NCBI GenBank assembly: GCA_020354275.1
Contig: CP070645.1
Location: 258,497 to 295,129, forward strand
Origin: Dehalococcoidales bacterium
GTDB lineage: Bacteria; Chloroflexota; Dehalococcoidia; Dehalococcoidales; UBA2162
Length of the DNA: 36,633 nucleotides
Direction: 5' to 3'
Below, piece after piece: positions 18,191-26,367 of the stretch. Both the position numbers and the translations under genes were made by a program. The notes beneath the pieces are model-generated. The model was not told where the DNA came from, did no database searches, and saw only the letters and a program-made list of their open reading frames with translations. The stretch's first letter is position 1; every line of letters starts with the position of its first letter.

Positions 18191-18913
18191 ATGACGACAA
18201 AAGTAAATAGAAATATAGTAAAAATCGACGAGGATAAATGTAACGGTTGCGGAGCCTGCATTATATCATGTGCCGAGGGGGCATTACAGGTAATTAACGG
18301 CAAGGCAAAGCTGATCAGTGATAAGTACTGTGACGGACTCGGTGCCTGTCTCGGTGAATGCCCTCACGGGGCCATCAGTATCGAGGAAAGGGCTAGTGAA
18401 GAATTTGACGTAGAAGCCGTCAGGCACCACCTTGAAGCAGCAGAACCAAGTAGCAGGGAACTACCCTGTAGTTGCCCTTCAACCACCGTAGAAAAAGAGA
18501 CGGCAAACCAGCCATCAATACCCGGCCAATGGCCGGTCCAACTCGCCCTGGTACCGCCAGAGGCACCCTTTCTTGAACAAGCGGACCTGCTGCTGGTAGC
18601 CGACTGCGTCCCCTTTGCTTATGGCAAATTCCACCACGACCTACTCAAAGACCATGCATTGCTGGTAGCCTGCCCCAAACTGGACGATTTCCAGACGCAC
18701 CTGCAAAAACTCACCGAGATCCTGCGCCATTCACCGGTAAAAAGCCTTACCGTGGCGCACATGGATGTACCCTGCTGCGCCGGGCTAACCCACATGGCCA
18801 GGCAAGCAATACACCTCAGCGGACGCGAAATCCCTCTCAGTGAAATTACTATCGGCATCAGGGGAGACATAAAAAGACCTGACGCCGGTTCAGTAAGTAA
18901 ATTGCCTGCATAA
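18191..18913 (+). CDS. 4Fe-4S dicluster domain protein with Cys-containing C-terminal domain
   Basis: Cluster motifs are CNGCGACIISCAEGA and CDGLGACLGECPHGA. The C-terminal domain contains ADCVPFAY, ACPKLDD and MDVPCCAGL. Confidence 0.7.
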   Translation: MTTKVNRNIVKIDEDKCNGCGACIISCAEGALQVINGKAKLISDKYCDGLGACLGECPHGAISIEERASEEFDVEAVRHHLEAAEPSSRELPCSCPSTTVEKETANQPSIPGQWPVQLALVPPEAPFLEQADLLLVADCVPFAYGKFHHDLLKDHALLVACPKLDDFQTHLQKLTEILRHSPVKSLTVAHMDVPCCAGLTHMARQAIHLSGREIPLSEITIGIRGDIKRPDAGSVSKLPA

Positions 18914-19054
18914 TCCTCCCAATATTGACATTACGCTACAAGAGAACTAAACTCAAGACAATACACGAACCACCCGCAGTATTTTTTAAGGTAAGTGTAT
19001 AAAGCACATAAATTACCGGGTTCCTGTCTAACGTAACCGTCAGGGAGGTAAGTA

Positions 19055-20230
19055 ATGAAACTGCTAATTGTTGGCTTTGGACAATGCGGGGGCCGGATTG
19101 CCGATGGTTTTGCCCGTCTAAACAAAAGATCACGGGGCCGCCGCGGACTGGAAATAATAACCGGTATCTATGCGGTAAACACGGACGCTGCTGATTTAAG
19201 CGGGTTATACAACATCAGGGCAGATTACCAGCACCGAATCCTCATCGGTGGTGACAAGACCAGGGGACACGGTGTCGCTAAAATGAGCGAGGCCGCGGCC
19301 GATATAGCCAGAGAAGACGGTGATAAAATCATCGATGCTATACGTACAACCAAGAGATTTTTTGAAACTGACGCATTTTTACTGATTGCCGGCGCTGCCG
19401 GCGGCACCGGTTCCGGTACGCTACCGGTAATGATACAGCGTATTAAAGAGCGTTACGTGGATAAACCCGTCTATGCCCTGGTTGTCCTGCCCTTTGAACA
19501 CGAGGAGGAAACAGAAGAAAGGACTATCTATAACACCGCGGTATGCCTGAAATCTGTTTATTCCGTAGCCGATGCCGTGTTTCTGACCGATAACCAGAGG
19601 TATGTCAAGAAAGACATCTCTCTGAGGAATAACATCGCCAAAATCAATGACATGATTATTGACCCATTCTACAACCTGCTCTGCGCCGGGGAAGAAAAAA
19701 AGGCAAAATATATCGGGACCAAGATGCTTGACGCCGGAGACATAATGCACACCCTTTCGGGGTGGACGGCATTCGGTTATGGCAAATCGCTCCTGCCACT
19801 GATTAACCTGCCCTTTGCCGTAACCCGGAACTTCCGTAAGAAGAGTAGTGAAACCCACAAGGGAATCCAGGCCATGGACCAGGCCATCAGCGAACTGTCG
19901 GTCCATTGCGACCCCAAGGACTCGGCCAGCGCATTGTATCTTTTAACTGCCCCTTCCAAAGAAATGAATGTAGAGCTGGTAAAGGAGCTTGGTGACTCCC
20001 TCCGTAGCATAGCCCCTGAAGCTATTATCAGGAATGGTGACTACCCCAGAGAGAGCGGTGAAATCAACGTGGTCGTTATACTGTCACGCCTTAACGAACT
20101 GGAAAAGGTGAAGCAATATTACATCAAGGCGTCCAGTGTGGTTGCCGAGATTGAAAGAAAACAGGAATCGATGGCCGATAAACCCAATGCCACCGAGGAA
20201 GTATCCAAGGACATCCCGACACTACTATAG
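19055..20230 (+). CDS. tubulin/FtsZ-superfamily GTPase, CetZ-like
   Basis: GGAGG precedes ATG 19055. The T1 loop is IVGFGQCGGRIA. The T4 signature GGTGSG (nt 19400..19417) is tubulin/CetZ style, not the FtsZ GGGTGTG. Other blocks that I recall from archaeal CetZ are AVNTDAADL, LIGGDKTRGHGV, PVYALVVLP, FLTDNQ, NGDYP and VVVILS. Confidence 0.75.
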   Translation: MKLLIVGFGQCGGRIADGFARLNKRSRGRRGLEIITGIYAVNTDAADLSGLYNIRADYQHRILIGGDKTRGHGVAKMSEAAADIAREDGDKIIDAIRTTKRFFETDAFLLIAGAAGGTGSGTLPVMIQRIKERYVDKPVYALVVLPFEHEEETEERTIYNTAVCLKSVYSVADAVFLTDNQRYVKKDISLRNNIAKINDMIIDPFYNLLCAGEEKKAKYIGTKMLDAGDIMHTLSGWTAFGYGKSLLPLINLPFAVTRNFRKKSSETHKGIQAMDQAISELSVHCDPKDSASALYLLTAPSKEMNVELVKELGDSLRSIAPEAIIRNGDYPRESGEINVVVILSRLNELEKVKQYYIKASSVVAEIERKQESMADKPNATEEVSKDIPTLL

Positions 20231-20310
20231 GGTTAAAGGTTAGCTATACCAAGATACCATTGAGAAGGATATTACCGCCGTAATAGAATAGTAAAACAAA
20301 CGAGTTACCG

Positions 20311-20643
20311 GTGATAAACAATATCATTAATTACCTTCAAAGAAGAAGAAAGACGAAGCTATACCGGCAGTGGGTACAGCAGAGTAGTTTATCTGCCGAT
20401 GATGTTCCCGATGAACTTGTAAGACGGGAAAGAGAGGGAGCCGATCAACCCTCAGATGAAGAATCTGATTTTTTATTTGAAGAGATGCCCCGGCAAAGAA
20501 TACCGGTCAACACAAGATGGCAGGTTTCATCCAGCGGTATATTTATACCTACCCGATATATCCTGCTGACCGGTTCTGCAATCCTGTTACTCCTGGTTAT
20601 TGTATCAGTACTCTCAACCGTCCTCATTATGCGGTCCTGCTAA
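20311..20643 (+). CDS. hypothetical protein with acidic middle region and C-terminal TM anchor
   Basis: It has a GTG start and no clear RBS. The C-terminal hydrophobic segment is ILLTGSAILLLLVIVSVLSTVLIM. I recognise no homology. Confidence 0.35.
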   Translation: MINNIINYLQRRRKTKLYRQWVQQSSLSADDVPDELVRREREGADQPSDEESDFLFEEMPRQRIPVNTRWQVSSSGIFIPTRYILLTGSAILLLLVIVSVLSTVLIMRSC

Positions 20644-21254
20644 CACACCAACCGGAACCCCCTGGCTATGGCGACCGGGTTTGCTATCTACTACGCATAC
20701 CGTCGCTGGAAACACATACCGCTGACCCACAGTACACCGGCACCAACCATAATATACCGCAACTAACAACCTTAGGCTTTTATGCCCACCTTCCCGTATC
20801 AGAAACCTGGTCTCTGTACTGCAGTGCATCTATTATTTTACATTCTGGCACCTTCTCTGATGCTACTAGAGGAGCTCACTAATCACAAAATACCAGGATG
20901 GTTTCAAATGCAGCACACTGCACGTTCTAGACGATTACATAATTATAAGCCCTTTTAAGTAAGGTGAAACCAAAACTGCGTCAGTTCGGCTTAGGTATTA
21001 ATACTTAGAAAACACGACTAATAATAGGTATTACTACGGAAGCCAGTTTAACGAAGAATGTAATAGTCTAATATGTAGGGAGGATTTATGCTGCTGTAAA
21101 AAAGCCAGGGTGGAGCGAGTTGCTGAAGTCAACCAAGCGTAGGAAAGAACCGACATAACGGTTTGCCAGCAGATAATTAAGCCAGACCAACAATAAAAAA
21201 TTAAGAGCCAACCAATAAAACAGTATTAAGAATATAGTTTCATGGAGGTACATT

Positions 21255-21440
21255 ATGGAATGGTGGGTGATTTTGCTTCTGGTACTGGCAGTGCCCGTAA
21301 TCCTTATCCCGGTGGGCTTGATCTGGTATATCAATGTCAGCGGTATCTATACGGTTATCCGGGAGACACAGAGGAGGCGTGCTGAGCACAGTAAAAGGGT
21401 CAGAGAAACGCAACTGGCTAGCAAACCAGTGCTGAAGTAA
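21255..21440 (+). CDS. small membrane protein (61 aa)
   Basis: GGAGG at 21244..21248 precedes ATG 21255. An N-terminal TM helix (WWVILLLVLAVPVILIPVGLIWYI) is followed by a basic tail. A terminator follows directly. Confidence 0.55.
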   Translation: MEWWVILLLVLAVPVILIPVGLIWYINVSGIYTVIRETQRRRAEHSKRVRETQLASKPVLK

Positions 21441-21465
21441 GGAGAAGTGAAAGGCTTCTCCTTTT
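21441..21465 (+). terminator. intrinsic terminator
   Basis: GGAGAAG (21441..21447) pairs with CTTCTCC (21455..21461) across a 7-nt loop. TTTT follows. Confidence 0.7.
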
Positions 21466-21565
21466 CACTGCGGACTTGCTGTGCCCAGATTTTGCTTTAG
21501 TACGCGCAAGCTCCAGAAACTATTTTTAGGTAGCAAATTCAGTATATTACAGGGAAGGAGGTTTG

Positions 21566-22135
21566 ATGGAAAGAAGAACACGAACAGATAGTTTTATAGA
21601 GGAAGTCAGTGCTATTCCGGGCGGAGAAGGTATCCGCCTTTGTATTCAATGCGGTACCTGCACGGCGTCCTGCCCCAATGCTGATAGCATGGACCACACT
21701 CCGTCGCAACTCATCGCCATGACACGGGCAGGAATGAAAGAAGAGGTTCTTTCCAGCAATGCCATGTGGCACTGTCTCTCCTGTTATCTCTGTACTGTAC
21801 GTTGCCCGAGGGGAATCAAGCAAACAGACCTTATGCATGCCTTTGAGTGTCTATCAGTGCGGGAAGGTTTGAGTCACGGCCGGACACTCACGCCGGCTAT
21901 GTACCGCAGTTTCAATGATTTCGTTTACAGCCTGGGAAGTCTCCCCGAAGCAGGATTTATAACCTGGTATTACCTGTTGACTAACCCGCTGCGTGCTATC
22001 AGGTTGTTGCCAATGGCATTGAGCTTGCGGAAGCGGGGACGCCTAACTATTAGAGCCAGAAGGCTAACCCCGGAGGGAACCAGACAACTCCGGGCTATCC
22101 TTGACAAAGCCGAAGAGCTAGGAGGTGTGAGTTGA
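21566..22135 (+). CDS. hdrC: heterodisulfide reductase subunit C-like protein
   Basis: GGAAGGAGG lies upstream. ATG 21566 is preferred, and an in-frame TTG at 21563 is also possible. Two 4Fe-4S motifs are CIQCGTCTASCP and CLSCYLCTVRCP. Confidence 0.85.
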   Translation: MERRTRTDSFIEEVSAIPGGEGIRLCIQCGTCTASCPNADSMDHTPSQLIAMTRAGMKEEVLSSNAMWHCLSCYLCTVRCPRGIKQTDLMHAFECLSVREGLSHGRTLTPAMYRSFNDFVYSLGSLPEAGFITWYYLLTNPLRAIRLLPMALSLRKRGRLTIRARRLTPEGTRQLRAILDKAEELGGVS

Positions 22136-23004
22136 GATATTATGCCTATTTCCCGGGTTGCTCCTCGTCTGAGGGGGGAGCCAAAGCATATGGTGTGTCA
22201 GCTCAGGCAGTTAGCAAAGCTCTGGGCATCGAGCTTCTTGAGCTGGATGACTGGAACTGCTGCGGCTCGACGCCCTATAGCTCATTTGAGGAACTGGCTT
22301 CCTTCTGCCTTTCGGCGCGGAACCTGGCTCTGGCAGAAAAGACGGGCTTAGATTTAGTGACGCCATGCAGCTCCTGCTATGTCATCTTGAACCGTGCTAA
22401 CTCTTACTTGAAGCAGTACCCTGACCTTAAGGCTAAAGTTGATGAATCTCTGGCAGCCGGGGGGCTGGAATACAAGGGGACCGTTCGGGTCAGGCACCTC
22501 CTCGATATCTTTGTCAACGACATCGGTTACGACACCATCAGCGCAACCGTAAAGAAGAGCCTTGAAGGATTGAAGGTGGCTCCCTACTATGGCTGTCAGC
22601 TGGTTCGACCCAGCTTCGGCTTTGATCACCCTGAAATGCCTGAGTCGATAGATAAACTAATAGTAAGTCTTGGGGGAGAGACTATCAACTTCCCCAAGAA
22701 AGCCCGTTGTTGCGGAGGGTCCCTGATTATCTCTGAAGAGGACCTTTCACTGAGTTTAATCGGCAAGGTTCTCAAATCTGCGCTGGATAATGGGGCAGAA
22801 TGCATAATTACCCCCTGTCCACTGTGCCAGACTAACCTGGATGCTTACCAGAAATCAGCTGACAAAAGGTTTATGACCAGCTTCAACCTTCCCGTCCTGT
22901 TTTTTACCCAGTTGATGGGAGTGGCTTTCGGGCTTGTTGAGAGAGACCTGGGCTTGAAAAGCTGCATTGTCCCGGCCGAAACGGTCTTAGGCAAGTACCT
23001 TTAA
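22132..23004 (+). CDS. hdrB: heterodisulfide reductase subunit B-like protein (two CCG domains)
   Basis: The TTG start overlaps the hdrC stop (TTGA). CCG-domain cysteines are FPGCS...NCCGS...PCSSC and YYGC...RCCGGS...PCPLC. Confidence 0.85.
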   Translation: MRYYAYFPGCSSSEGGAKAYGVSAQAVSKALGIELLELDDWNCCGSTPYSSFEELASFCLSARNLALAEKTGLDLVTPCSSCYVILNRANSYLKQYPDLKAKVDESLAAGGLEYKGTVRVRHLLDIFVNDIGYDTISATVKKSLEGLKVAPYYGCQLVRPSFGFDHPEMPESIDKLIVSLGGETINFPKKARCCGGSLIISEEDLSLSLIGKVLKSALDNGAECIITPCPLCQTNLDAYQKSADKRFMTSFNLPVLFFTQLMGVAFGLVERDLGLKSCIVPAETVLGKYL

Positions 23005-23014
23005 GGAGTAGAAA

Positions 23015-24976
23015 ATGGAGCATAAAATCGGCGTTTATGTCTGCCACTGCGGGGCTAATATTGCTGGTGTCGTCGATGTCGAGCAGGTAACTGAGTTTGC
23101 CCGGGGTTTGCCGTCAGTAGCTATAGCCCGCGATTACAAATTTGTGTGCTCGGACCCGGGCCAGGACATGATAAAGAATGATATCAAGGAACTGGGGCTT
23201 GATCGTGTGGTAGTAGCGTCATGTTCACCACGCTTACATGAACCCACCTTCAGACGCATGCTGGCCAGCGCCGGGCTCAACCCCTATTTCTTTGAGATGG
23301 CCAATATCCGCGAGCAGTGTTCCTGGGTAACCGAAGACAATGAGGCGGCTACGGACAAAGCCAAGGCAATGGTGAGCGCCTCAGTACGGCGTGTTTTCTA
23401 CCACGAGCCGCTGGAAACGAAGGAGGTTTCGGTCAACCCCTGTACTTTAGTCGTGGGAGCGGGTATCGCCGGGATACAAGCCGCACTGGAAATCGCCGAC
23501 TCGGGTAACAAGGTTTACCTGGTAGAGCGTGAACCTTCAATCGGCGGTAACATGGCCCGGCTGGACAAGACATTCCCTACATTAGACTGTTCGGCCTGAA
23601 TACTCACGCCGAAAATGGCCTCGGTGAGGTCACACGAAAACATCGAAATGATGACCTATAGCGAAGTAACGGATGTTTCCGGCTACGTGGGTAATTTTAA
23701 GGTCAAAATACGCAGGAAGCCGCGCTATGTGGATGAGAGTAAGTGCACCGGTTGCGGTACCTGCCAGGAAAAATGCCCGATAAAAGCGGGCAACGAATTT
23801 GATGTCGGTCTGGGTAAGAGGAAGGTCATCTACACTCCTTTTCCGCAGGCAGTACCCAATATGCCGGTAATTGACCGGGAGCACTGCACCTATTTCCTGA
23901 GGGGCAAATGCCGCGCCTGCGAAATGTTCTGTGAAGCCAAGGCGATCGATTTTGAGCAAACGGAAAGGATAGATGAGATAGACGTTGGTTGCATCATAGT
24001 CACTACCGGCTTTGATTCATTCGACCCCTCAGTGATGACTCAGTTTGGCTACGGTCAATATGACAATGTAATCTCCGGCATCCAGTTTGAGAGGATGAGC
24101 AATGCCTCGGGCCCAACAGGCGGTAAGCTTCTGCTTAAAGACGGGTCAACGCCACAGAGCGTGGCTATCCTGCACTGCATCGGCAGCCGCGATGTCAACT
24201 ATCACGAGTACTGCTCACGGGTCTGCTGCATGTACTCACTCAAGTTCTCCCACTTGGTCAGGGAGAAGATCCCGGATGCCGAGATTTATCAGCTCTATAT
24301 TGATATGCGTTGCTTCGGCAAAGGCTACGAGGAATTCTACGAGCGGCTTCAGGAAGAAGGGATCAACTTCGTGCGGGGGCGTGCCGGTGAGATTACCAAC
24401 ATTGCCGAGGAACCCGGGGAGGAAGGCAAGCTGGTGGTGCTCGTTGAAGATACGCTGGTGCGACGGAAGCGGCGCATTCCGGTTGACATGGTCGTGCTGA
24501 GTACGGCTCTGGAGCCACAGGCAGACGCCGGTGAGGTAGCCAGGCAATTCTCTATCAGCCGGAGCAAGGACGGCTTTTTTATGGAAAAACACCCCAAGCT
24601 CGACCCGGTAGCAACCACTACCGACGGCGTCTTCGTTGCCGGCTGCTGTCAGGGCCCGAAGGATATCCCCGATACCGTGGCTCAGGCGGCGGCGGCGGCG
24701 GCGAGAGTGCTGGCGATGATAAACAAGGGTAATGTGGAGATTGAGTCGGCAATAGCTGCTGTTGATAAGGAGTCCTGTTCCGGTTGCAAGACCTGTCTCA
24801 CACTCTGTTCTTACAATGCAATTTCCTTTACTGAGGAAATGAAGGTGGCGGTGATTAACGAGGCGCTGTGTAAAGGCTGCGGAACCTGTGCTGCGGCTTG
24901 CCCCAGCGGGGCGATTATCAGCCGGCATTTTACCACGCAGCAGATTATGACGCAGTTGGAAGGAGTGTTAGTATGA
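23015..24976 (+). CDS. hdrA: heterodisulfide reductase subunit A-like flavoprotein, with in-frame TGA (codon 195) read as selenocysteine
   Basis: ORFs 23015..23599 and 23615..24976 share a frame and are separated only by TGA 23597..23599. The sequence reads [24 protein letters not shown], where HdrA homologues have DCS-x-C-I-L-x-PKM. Other motifs are the N-terminal CHCGANIAG, the FAD motif [14 protein letters not shown] and several ferredoxin-type Cys motifs ([35 protein letters not shown]). Confidence 0.85.
23603..23628 (+). promoter_or_regulatory. candidate SECIS-like hairpin downstream of the hdrA UGA
   Basis: CTCAC..CCGA pairs with TCGG..TGAG (about 8 bp with a 2-nt bulge). The apical loop is AAAUGGCC. 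The hairpin starts 4 nt after the UGA. Confidence 0.4.
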
Positions 24977-25395
24977 GCTTTGAACCCAGGATAATCGGAT
25001 TTCTCTGTAACTGGTGCTCCTATGCCGGGGCTGACCTGGCTGGCACATCGCGGAAAAAATATGTCCCCAACGTGCGCGTGATAAGGGTAATGTGCAGTGG
25101 CCGGGTAGACCCCAGCTTCATCGTCAAGGCTTTCCAGCTGGGTGCGGATGGTGTTCTCGTCTGCGGCTGACATCCCGGCGAATGTCATTACCTGGAAGGT
25201 AATATGAAAGCAGCCCGACGGATACCTTTGATGAAAAAAATGCTGGCCCAGTTCGGGATTGAAGAGGAGCGGGTACGCCTGGACTGGGTATCGGCGTCAG
25301 AAGGAGACCGCTTTGCCCAACTGGTCAACGAAATGACGGAGGAAATCAGACGGCTGGGTCCTTTCAGCGGAAACGGAGGTAAGGCCGATGACTAA
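24973..25395 (+). CDS. mvhD: MvhD-like hydrogenase delta subunit, with in-frame TGA (codon 66) read as selenocysteine
   Basis: The ATG overlaps the hdrA stop (ATGA). The sequence reads [24 protein letters not shown]...[37 protein letters not shown]. Homologues read GC-HPG-x-CHY at that point. The same frame continues to TAA 25393..25395. Confidence 0.85.
25187..25203 (+). promoter_or_regulatory. candidate SECIS-like hairpin downstream of the mvhD UGA
   Basis: AUUACC pairs with GGUAAU (6 bp) around the loop UGGAA, 17 nt after the UGA. An alternative hairpin, UGACAU/AUGUCA at 25168..25187, includes the UGA itself. Confidence 0.4.
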
Positions 25396-26362
25396 ACCGA
25401 AGATAGCCCTGTACTGGGCGGCCGCATGCGGTGGCTGTGATGTCGCCGTGCTCGATACCAACGAGAAGATACTGGATATTGCCAATCTTGCCGACATTGT
25501 TTTCTGGCCGGTTGCCCTTGACTTCAAGTACCACCACGTTGAAGAAATGGCCGATACCTCCATTGACCTGTGCCTTTTTAATGGCGCGGTTAGAAATTCG
25601 GAGCAGGAAGAGATTGCCAGGCTATTACGCGCCAAATCAAAGGTAATGGTAGCCTTTGGCGCCTGTGCCTGTTTCGGCGGTATACCGGCGCTGGGCAACT
25701 TCACCACACGCGACGAGATATTCGAGCGCGTCTATATTGAGTCACCGTCAAGCGCCAATGAAAACCGTACTTTCCCCCAGACCCTGACCAAAGTTGAGGA
25801 AGGCGAATTAGATCTGCCGGAGATGTTCGATACCGTGATGACACTGGCACAGGTGGTAGATGTGGAATATTTTATCCCCGGCTGTCCGCCGCCGGTGGAT
25901 ATCATCCTCAAAGTAGTAGACCTGTTTGCTAGCGGACAACTACCTCCGGTGGGGGCGATAATTGCCTCGGATAAGACGCTGTGCGATGAGTGCGAACGGA
26001 CAAAGGAAGAGAAGAAGATAGCCAGGATTTATCGCCCCCACCAGATTATCCCCGACCCGAACAGGTGCCTGCTGGAGCAGGGAATAATCTGCTGCGGCCC
26101 GGCTACTAGAGGGGGCTGCGGCGTCCGGTGCGTTAAGGCCAACATGCCCTGCCGCGGCTGTTTCGGGCCGCCACCGGGGGTTATTGACCAGGGAGCCAAG
26201 CTGGTCAGTGCTATTGCTTCCATCTATCAGTCTGACGGACAGGAAGACATTAACAGAATGTTAGAAGATATAGTGGACCCAGCAGGAACATTTTACCGGT
26301 TTGGTATGGCTGATTCCATGCTCAAGAGGAAGAGTCTACCGCAGGGTGAAAGGAGGGCGTAG
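25388..26362 (+). CDS. mvhG: [NiFe] hydrogenase small subunit, MvhG-like (group 3c type)
   Basis: It overlaps the mvhD end by 8 nt. Motifs are KIALYWAAACGGCDVAVLD, GACACFGGIP and GCPP. The C-terminal Cys cluster is CCGPATRGGCGVRCVKANMPCRGC. Confidence 0.85.
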   Translation: MTKPKIALYWAAACGGCDVAVLDTNEKILDIANLADIVFWPVALDFKYHHVEEMADTSIDLCLFNGAVRNSEQEEIARLLRAKSKVMVAFGACACFGGIPALGNFTTRDEIFERVYIESPSSANENRTFPQTLTKVEEGELDLPEMFDTVMTLAQVVDVEYFIPGCPPPVDIILKVVDLFASGQLPPVGAIIASDKTLCDECERTKEEKKIARIYRPHQIIPDPNRCLLEQGIICCGPATRGGCGVRCVKANMPCRGCFGPPPGVIDQGAKLVSAIASIYQSDGQEDINRMLEDIVDPAGTFYRFGMADSMLKRKSLPQGERRA

Positions 26363-26367
26363 CCGCA

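Noticed and set aside
21086-21334. An 82-aa minus-strand ORF overlaps the small membrane protein gene.
   Set aside because: The plus-strand ORF 21255..21440 has a GGAGG RBS at the right spacing and a downstream terminator. The minus-strand ORF has neither.
24236-24928. A long antisense ORF (230 aa) lies inside hdrA. Similar shadow ORFs occur at 1201..1644(-), 2469..3038(-), 14161..14571(-), 16679..17056(+), 17071..17595(+), 19421..19906(-), 26431..26859(-), 26938..27390(-) and 35080..35517(+).
   Set aside because: All lie opposite genes with strong family motifs. They have Arg/Ser/Pro-rich low-complexity translations and no RBS. They are typical stop-poor antisense frames of G+C-richer coding DNA.
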